From Crocinitomicaceae bacterium (lineage in GTDB: Bacteria > Bacteroidota > Bacteroidia > Flavobacteriales_D > Crocinitomicaceae): 64,000 nucleotides of DNA. Below the pieces are notes generated by a model. That model was not told the DNA's origin. It did no database searches and worked only from the letters and a program-made list of their open reading frames with translations. Both the position numbers and the translations under genes were made by a program. Where the stretch lies: assembly GCA_044361535.1 (NCBI GenBank), contig JBIKIQ010000004.1, forward strand, positions 49,705-113,704. The letters are read 5' to 3'. How positions within the stretch are numbered: the first letter of the stretch is position 1; each line of letters opens with the position of its first letter. Below are positions 58,373-64,000 of the stretch, one piece after another.

Positions 58373-60520
58373 ATGAAATTTGTTTTACTCTCCTTATTTG
58401 CTTTATCCTTATCAATTTCGGTATTTTCTCAACAAAATGTTAGTGTTTCAGACGCCCCGGCAACACCGGACCCTACAAGTGTTCTTGATGTAAGCTCAAT
58501 AACAAAAGGAATGTTGATTCCACGTATGACAACAATTCAACGAAATGCTATTGTAGGGCCAGCAAATGGCTTATTGGTTTATGATACCGATATAAATTGT
58601 GTCATGTATTATTCCACAACTTTAACATCTTGGAATTCACTATGTGCTGGATCTACTGCAACAAATTTAATAGCAAATACTACAACTGTTGCTGCAGGAG
58701 TCAATTGTGCATCTGGTGGTGTTCTGCTTCAGCTTGGAAGTGATATAAATACAAACGGAATATTAGATGCAGGTGAAATTTCTTCAAGTCAGTACATTTG
58801 TAATGGTCAAGCGGGTGCAACTGGACCGGCAGGACCAGCAGGACCAGCAGGGCCAGCGGGGCCAGCGGGGCCAGCAGGTGCCGCAGGAGCAACCGGATTA
58901 ACAGGACCAGCAGGACCTCAAGGACCAATTGGCATAACCGGGCCTCAAGGACCACAGGGACCGGCAGGGAATAATGGAGTTAGCTGTTGGGATGTTAATG
59001 GCAATGGAATCAACGACCCTGCAGAAGACACAAATGGTGACGGTATTTTTAATACTTTAGATTGTTCAGTTGGAATTGTTGGACCAACGGGACCAGCAGG
59101 ACCAACGGGTGCTACAGGATTGACAGGGCCAGCGGGACCGGCAGGACCAGCGGGTACTACAGGATTAACGGGACCGGCAGGACCGGCAGGTGCTACAGGA
59201 TTAACAGGACCAGCAGGACCGGCAGGGCCAGCGGGTGCTACAGGATTAACGGGACCAGCAGGACCGGCAGGGCCAGCGGGTGCTACAGGATTAACGGGAC
59301 CAGCAGGGCCGACAGGACCAGCGGGTGCTACAGGATTAACAGGACCAGCAGGACCGGCAGGACCAACGGGTACTACAGGATTAACAGGACCAGTAGGACC
59401 AGCAGGACCAGCGGGTGCTACAGGATTAACGGGGCCGGCAGGGCCAGCAGGACCGACGGGTGCTACAGGATTAACGGGGCCAACGGGACCGACGGGACCA
59501 ACAGGACCAGCAGGGCCTACAGGTGTAGCAGGACCAGCAGGACCTACAGGTGCAGCTGGAACAACATGGACACTTACAACGCCAACGGTTAACCCAACAG
59601 GAACATTAACAGTAAACGGAACAGCCGGTTCAGGTGGTCCTGTGACAACACTTGGTCAATATTGGATTGCAGCTCCAAATACAGCTGGTACAAATGCCTT
59701 AACTGCAACTGGATTCTTAGGTACGAGTACGAGCCAACATATGGATTTAGTTAGTAATAACATAGTTAGAGGTAGATTGAGTAATCTAGGGGAGTTTTTC
59801 ATTGGCACAACGACTACTGCTCTACCAGGAGATTTAATGAACGGCCTTAGCAACGCAACATTTCCATGGGCTGTTAATGGATATTCCTCCTTTAATGGAT
59901 CCGGAGTTTATGGAGCAATTCAGGCTGGAAATACGGTTTTTGGTGGTGTACAAGGTGAATCTGGGAGTACAGTAAATGGTGGATTAAATAACTTGAATGG
60001 CGGGTGTGGCGTCAGAGGAACTACATACAGTTTAACATTAAACGGTGTTAATGGACAACGAGGAGGGGTTGGCGCAAATTCTGGTTGGGGAGGATTGTTT
60101 CAAAGTGATTTAGGATATACCGGTGTTCTTGCCGCAGTTTCTGATAAAAGAGTAAAGAAAAATATTGAAACCATTGGAGAAGCAACAAAATTAATTATGA
60201 AGTTGCGTGGAGTAACTTATGAGCACAGACTCGATGAAGTACAATTTTCAGATTTAGGACTTAAGCAAGGTTTAAATTACGGTTTTATTGCCCAAGAGGT
60301 TGAAGAGATTTTACCTTCGTTAGTAGTAGAAAAAAATATTCCTCACATTAATAGTAGTCGGCGTCTAAATAATGAAAATAAACCAGCAGAAATATTAAAA
60401 GCAGTAAGCTATATTGAAGTGGTTCCAATCCTTGTTGAAGGTATGAAGGAGCAGCAAAAAATGATTGAAGAATTGAAAGCTGAAATTGAATTATTGAAGT
60501 CAGAATTAAAAAAAGACTAA
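58373..60520 (+). CDS. Secreted collagen-like triple-helix repeat protein with a C-terminal S74-type intramolecular chaperone (tail-fibre) domain
   Basis: Signal peptide '[13 protein letters not shown]'. Two Gly-X-Y runs of ~58 and ~165 residues. C-terminal '[30 protein letters not shown]...[16 protein letters not shown]', followed by a coiled coil, fits the Peptidase_S74/endosialidase-chaperone domain. Confidence 0.85.
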   Translation: MKFVLLSLFALSLSISVFSQQNVSVSDAPATPDPTSVLDVSSITKGMLIPRMTTIQRNAIVGPANGLLVYDTDINCVMYYSTTLTSWNSLCAGSTATNLIANTTTVAAGVNCASGGVLLQLGSDINTNGILDAGEISSSQYICNGQAGATGPAGPAGPAGPAGPAGPAGAAGATGLTGPAGPQGPIGITGPQGPQGPAGNNGVSCWDVNGNGINDPAEDTNGDGIFNTLDCSVGIVGPTGPAGPTGATGLTGPAGPAGPAGTTGLTGPAGPAGATGLTGPAGPAGPAGATGLTGPAGPAGPAGATGLTGPAGPTGPAGATGLTGPAGPAGPTGTTGLTGPVGPAGPAGATGLTGPAGPAGPTGATGLTGPTGPTGPTGPAGPTGVAGPAGPTGAAGTTWTLTTPTVNPTGTLTVNGTAGSGGPVTTLGQYWIAAPNTAGTNALTATGFLGTSTSQHMDLVSNNIVRGRLSNLGEFFIGTTTTALPGDLMNGLSNATFPWAVNGYSSFNGSGVYGAIQAGNTVFGGVQGESGSTVNGGLNNLNGGCGVRGTTYSLTLNGVNGQRGGVGANSGWGGLFQSDLGYTGVLAAVSDKRVKKNIETIGEATKLIMKLRGVTYEHRLDEVQFSDLGLKQGLNYGFIAQEVEEILPSLVVEKNIPHINSSRRLNNENKPAEILKAVSYIEVVPILVEGMKEQQKMIEELKAEIELLKSELKKD
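58805..58978 (+). repeat. Collagen-like Gly-X-Y coding repeat, segment 1
   Basis: In-frame [55 protein letters not shown]. The DNA is ggN-ccN-gcN rich and strikingly GC-richer than its surroundings. Confidence 0.9.
59072..59566 (+). repeat. Collagen-like Gly-X-Y coding repeat, segment 2, with ~45-bp tandem units
   Basis: About eight near-identical units encode G(A/T)[12 protein letters not shown](A/T). An example unit is 'ggtgctacaggattaacgggaccagcaggaccggcagggccagcg'. One unit is 36 bp. Confidence 0.9.
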
Positions 60521-60521
60521 G

Positions 60522-62309
60522 ATGAAAGTTAACTACTTTTACGCTTTCCTTTTTTGTATTGGCAGTTACGTCAACTTTGCCCAAACACTCACGAATAATG
60601 GAGGTTTCATTACAGCACAACCTGGTTCTTTTATCTATGTAAACGGCAGTGTTGCCAACAATAATACAGGGGTTTTAGCTGTAAATGGCAATGGAACACC
60701 AACAAGTTCAGAATTGTATGTCACTCAGGATGTAATTAATAATTCAACCATAAATGCAGATGGATATATAAGACTTCTTGGGAACTGGATTGATAACGCT
60801 ATCTTTAATTCCACACTAGGAACCGTATTTTTTGAAGGAGCAAACCAATTTCTAGGAGGAACATCTGTAACTCAATTTTTCAATGTTACCTTAGATGGAA
60901 GTGGTATTAAAACGCAACAAGTTGATAAAATTGCAAAAGGTACACTTGATTTGAAATTTTTACATTTAAATACTGATTTATATGGTTTTTTCGTTACTAA
61001 TCCAGCATTGAACGCTGTTTTGAGAACAACTGGATTTGTGTCAAGTGCTAATGGAGGTTTTTTAGCAAGAACTACTCAAAATACAGGGATGTACTTATTT
61101 CCAACAGGTTCAAATGCTAACACAAGTGCAAATATACCCGGATCTGGTACTTTTCGATATAGACCAGTTGAATTAAATCCAGCTAATGCTAACTTAAATG
61201 TATATAGCGTAAGACTTGCTAATTTAGATGCTACCCAAGAAACATATAATCGAAATAGCGCAGAACCAATAATTTGCGAAGCTAACCCAACATTTTATCA
61301 TCAAATTGATAGAATTTCTGGGACAAGTGCTGCAGATATAGGAGTATGTTATGTGCCTGCTGCAGATGGTCAATGGAGTGACCTTGCTCGTTGGAATATC
61401 ACCACGAATGGAATTTGGCAAGATATTCCAGTAGTGACTTTTACGAATATTCCAGGATTTACAAAATCAGTTGCAACAGGTTGGAACAACTTTGGAGATA
61501 TTCCTTACATTTTGACAAATTTAAGCCCGGGAACACCAACAATAAATACAGCAGCCATAAATGGTTGTTCACCACTAACTGCTTCTCTTCAAACCACAGG
61601 TACAGCAGGGGTTACTTACTCATGGTCGTCAAATGGAAATAACTTGGGAACAGGTGCAAATTTGAGTGAAATTTTTACCAATCCAGGATGTTATGATATA
61701 ACCCTAACTGCAGCTGTAGGAAATTGTACTGCAAGTTCAACAGCGACAAGTTTAATATGTGTTGACAACACCCCGTCAGCCGCATTTACAAGCAGTACTC
61801 TTCAGTTTTCAAGTGGTACAGAAAACATTTCATTCTCTAACAATTCAACAGGCGCAGATAGCTACATGTGGGATTTTGGTAATGGCACTACCTCAACATT
61901 AACTAATCCGACTGCTTCATATTCCGCAATAAATGGAAATGTGCTTGTAACATTATTTGCCTACACAGATAATGGTTGCGTAGATTCAACAACTACAGTA
62001 ATCAACTATCAAGAGGAAACTATTTTTTATGTTCCAAATTCCTTTACTCCTGATCAAGACGAATATAACCAAACGTGGGGGCCTGTTTTTACCCAAGGAT
62101 TTGATCCCTATAATTTTAATTTATACATATTCAACAGATGGGGTGAATTAATTTGGGAAAGCCATGATGCTTCTGCCAGATGGGATGGTACTTACGGCCC
62201 TTGGGCTTCAGATTGTCCTGACGGGATTTACACTTGGAAGATTGATTATAAACCCATTGAAACGGACGATAAAAAGGTGATAACTGGGTTTATTACTTTA
62301 ATTCGTTAA
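60522..62309 (+). CDS. Type-B T9SS sorting-domain protein (gliding-motility-associated C-terminal domain) with PKD domains
   Basis: Signal peptide. PKD signatures 'YSWSSNGNN' and 'SYMWDFGNGTTS'. C-terminus 'FYVPNSFTPDQDEYNQTW...LYIFNRWGELIWES...WDGTY...DGIYTWKI' fits the type-B CTD (TIGR04131-like). Start lies 1 nt after the upstream stop. Confidence 0.8.
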   Translation: MKVNYFYAFLFCIGSYVNFAQTLTNNGGFITAQPGSFIYVNGSVANNNTGVLAVNGNGTPTSSELYVTQDVINNSTINADGYIRLLGNWIDNAIFNSTLGTVFFEGANQFLGGTSVTQFFNVTLDGSGIKTQQVDKIAKGTLDLKFLHLNTDLYGFFVTNPALNAVLRTTGFVSSANGGFLARTTQNTGMYLFPTGSNANTSANIPGSGTFRYRPVELNPANANLNVYSVRLANLDATQETYNRNSAEPIICEANPTFYHQIDRISGTSAADIGVCYVPAADGQWSDLARWNITTNGIWQDIPVVTFTNIPGFTKSVATGWNNFGDIPYILTNLSPGTPTINTAAINGCSPLTASLQTTGTAGVTYSWSSNGNNLGTGANLSEIFTNPGCYDITLTAAVGNCTASSTATSLICVDNTPSAAFTSSTLQFSSGTENISFSNNSTGADSYMWDFGNGTTSTLTNPTASYSAINGNVLVTLFAYTDNGCVDSTTTVINYQEETIFYVPNSFTPDQDEYNQTWGPVFTQGFDPYNFNLYIFNRWGELIWESHDASARWDGTYGPWASDCPDGIYTWKIDYKPIETDDKKVITGFITLIR

Positions 62310-63974
62310 TCAGAAATAGGAAACGAATCCAATGTGTATTTTCCCCTGATTCAATTGAATCGAATTGCTTAGTTCTTTCCCAAGCGCATAGGTTACAGAA
62401 AATATCCCTAGTTTTGTTCCGAATGACATGCCTATGCCAAAGCCTAATGGTGAATCATTCTGGTACTTTAATGCCGAATTATCCTCATACCATGCTTGAT
62501 TATAAAATGCAAATAACGTAGAATTTTTATCCAATAAAAATCGATATTCCACAAGCCCAGTTAAGAATGATGTAGCAAAAAGTTCTTCTTCATTAAAACC
62601 ACGTAATGAATTTAATCCGCCAAAACGCAGACGTTCATTTGCATAAGTAGTATCATTGAAAACCCATTCTAAATTGGCTCCAAACTTTAGGATGTGTCTT
62701 TTTGCTAGAGGCACATATTTTTCAATTATGCATTGACCTTTAGCGGATAGCTCTGATTTTTCCAGACTTCTAACCGAGCGGTTTCCAAGTGCCAATTCAA
62801 CAAACAATAAACTTCCTTTACGTGGGTTAGGAGCGTAATCAAAATTTTTGCGATTTAATGAAAATCCGTAAGAATTAAGCGATGTACTTGTATAATTTAA
62901 CTGTGCCGAGCTTGCGTTTAAAACACTGTTTGACCAAAAAGAATAAAATCCTTTAAGCATGAAGTTATTCTTCAATGAATATGTCACGCCAAAATTTGAT
63001 TTGATTTCCAAAAATGAGCTATCTCTTTTATAAAAATTAAACTTTCCATCCAGTCCAAATCTCGTTTTGAATAAATAAGGCACATTAGATTGTATGAATA
63101 AATTTTGAGTTCCGGGTTGAATACTGCGCCAATTCATTTCAAAGAGTTCTGCTCGTTTTAATGCATTTTGAAGCTTTAATTGAAGTTGGCCGGTGAATGC
63201 CATACGTTGTGTCACAGGGTTTGGCTGAAGGCCAAGAGCACCGTTAACTGAGCTTACAGGCCGTGACTTTAAATACAAATAAACATCAACCTTTTGGTCA
63301 TAAAACAGAAGTTCTGTTTTTCGATACTGATCAATAAATGGCAGAAATTCTAATTCTTTATCCATCTCCTTTAGTAAACTCTCATTATAGAATTTCCCAG
63401 ATTTTATTCCACTCAAATTATAGATTAATGAAGGTAAAACTGAGGAATCACCTTTTATTACAATGTTTCCCCATTTGAACTTTTCCCCACGATCAATGGA
63501 TATTTTCCCCACCAGTCTTGTCTTATCAGAAAATTTGCAATCTGTTATTTGAATTTTTGCAAAAGGATAGCCATTATTCAGATACAATTCCGAAATTGTT
63601 TTGAGGTGATTCTTTAATGAATTTCGATTAATTTTTAAATCTTCCTGAGTAAATCCGTTTCTTTTTAGATATACTTTTTCTGAAGAATCTAACACCAACC
63701 TTGCCTCTTGAAACAAAGGTCCAAGGTGAATGACGACATTTCTAACCTGAGCACTTTCCTCATTACTATCGATTGAAAAAAGCAAATATCCTTTTTCTAG
63801 ATAAGAATTATGTAAGTCTGAAATATATTTATCTGCAACTTCCTTTGACTTAAATAAGGAATCGGAGATTTTTCTTGTTTTCCACTCATCACTGTATGAA
63901 TATCTTATTCTATACTGCTGCGCATGGCTACTGTAGGTATAGCAGAAGAAAAAAGAAAATAAAAGAAGACGCAT
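62310..63974 (-). CDS. Omp85/BamA-TamA-family outer-membrane beta-barrel protein
   Basis: Signal peptide 'FFFCYTYSSHAQ', POTRA-like N-terminal segments. Barrel strings 'APNPRKGS', 'RFGGLNSLRGFNEEEL' and 'VEYRF', with a terminal 'GFVSYF'. Confidence 0.65.
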   Translation of the reverse strand: MRLLLFSFFFCYTYSSHAQQYRIRYSYSDEWKTRKISDSLFKSKEVADKYISDLHNSYLEKGYLLFSIDSNEESAQVRNVVIHLGPLFQEARLVLDSSEKVYLKRNGFTQEDLKINRNSLKNHLKTISELYLNNGYPFAKIQITDCKFSDKTRLVGKISIDRGEKFKWGNIVIKGDSSVLPSLIYNLSGIKSGKFYNESLLKEMDKELEFLPFIDQYRKTELLFYDQKVDVYLYLKSRPVSSVNGALGLQPNPVTQRMAFTGQLQLKLQNALKRAELFEMNWRSIQPGTQNLFIQSNVPYLFKTRFGLDGKFNFYKRDSSFLEIKSNFGVTYSLKNNFMLKGFYSFWSNSVLNASSAQLNYTSTSLNSYGFSLNRKNFDYAPNPRKGSLLFVELALGNRSVRSLEKSELSAKGQCIIEKYVPLAKRHILKFGANLEWVFNDTTYANERLRFGGLNSLRGFNEEELFATSFLTGLVEYRFLLDKNSTLFAFYNQAWYEDNSALKYQNDSPLGFGIGMSFGTKLGIFSVTYALGKELSNSIQLNQGKIHIGFVSYF

Positions 63975-64000
63975 GGTTAATTAACGCCTTTAGTCATTAA

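Noticed and set aside
58701-58955. 84-aa minus-strand ORF (Leu/Pro/Ala-rich) antisense to the first collagen segment
   Set aside because: It is the antisense reading of a GC-rich triplet repeat. It has no start context or promoter and lies entirely inside a well-supported gene.
58805-59566. Regularly spaced ~45-bp repeats that could superficially suggest a CRISPR array
   Set aside because: The units are contiguous with no unique spacers and are in frame with a Gly-X-Y protein. There is no palindromic repeat structure, and no cas genes occur anywhere in the window.
59062-59592. 176-aa plus-strand ORF rich in Arg/Thr/Gly/Tyr ('[16 protein letters not shown]...'), overlapping the collagen-like gene in another frame
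   Set aside because: It is the +1-frame read-through of the ggN-ccN-gcN tandem repeat. The periodic low-complexity sequence stays stop-free only because of the repeat composition. The Gly-X-Y frame, with its signal peptide and S74 domain, is clearly the real one.
58373-62309. Prophage or phage-tail remnant suggested by the S74 tail-fibre chaperone domain
   Set aside because: No capsid, terminase, portal, tail tube/sheath, baseplate, lysis or integrase genes occur within 64 kb. The neighbours are engB, a T9SS cargo gene and an Omp85 gene. It is better interpreted as a host surface fibre using a phage-type trimerisation module.

Overview
AT-rich chromosomal segment that looks like Bacteroidota, probably Flavobacteriia-like. 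This is inferred from three things: TAnnTTTG promoter boxes, no Shine-Dalgarno-type leaders, and many proteins ending in T9SS C-terminal sorting domains. About 49 protein-coding genes are tightly packed on both strands. Housekeeping genes: rbfA, an FtsX/LolE-like permease, atpD-atpC, ruvX, uppS-bamA-skp-skp, mfd, rplU-rpmA, gyrB, a NifU-like gene and engB. Between them lie large secreted or surface proteins. Six carry a type-A T9SS CTD ('YPNP...'): a beta-lactamase-fold hydrolase, a 1099-aa beta-propeller-repeat adhesin, a CotH kinase-like protein, a 1167-aa SprB-repeat protein, a PKD protein and an S1 protease. One more carries a type-B CTD. I found no rRNA, tRNA, CRISPR array, integrase, transposase or reverse transcriptase. 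Most of the window is ordinary core genome. Four loci deserve a second look. (1) 14.4-16.5 kb: a small islet with a GIY-YIG-like nuclease gene divergent from an HTH-plus-helical protein gene, 11-bp tandem repeats in the shared promoter, and an apparent toxin-gene remnant next to it. (2) 58.4-64.0 kb: a secreted collagen-like protein capped by a phage-tail-fibre S74 chaperone domain, translationally coupled to a type-B T9SS cargo gene and abutting an Omp85-like barrel gene. (3) 21.3-25.0 kb: a CotH kinase / lipoprotein / OM-barrel operon. (4) 33.0-37.8 kb: a tryptophan-dioxygenase-like / GT2 / thioredoxin-fold / secreted S1 protease gene string. All functional calls rest on motifs read by eye. 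No database search was run.
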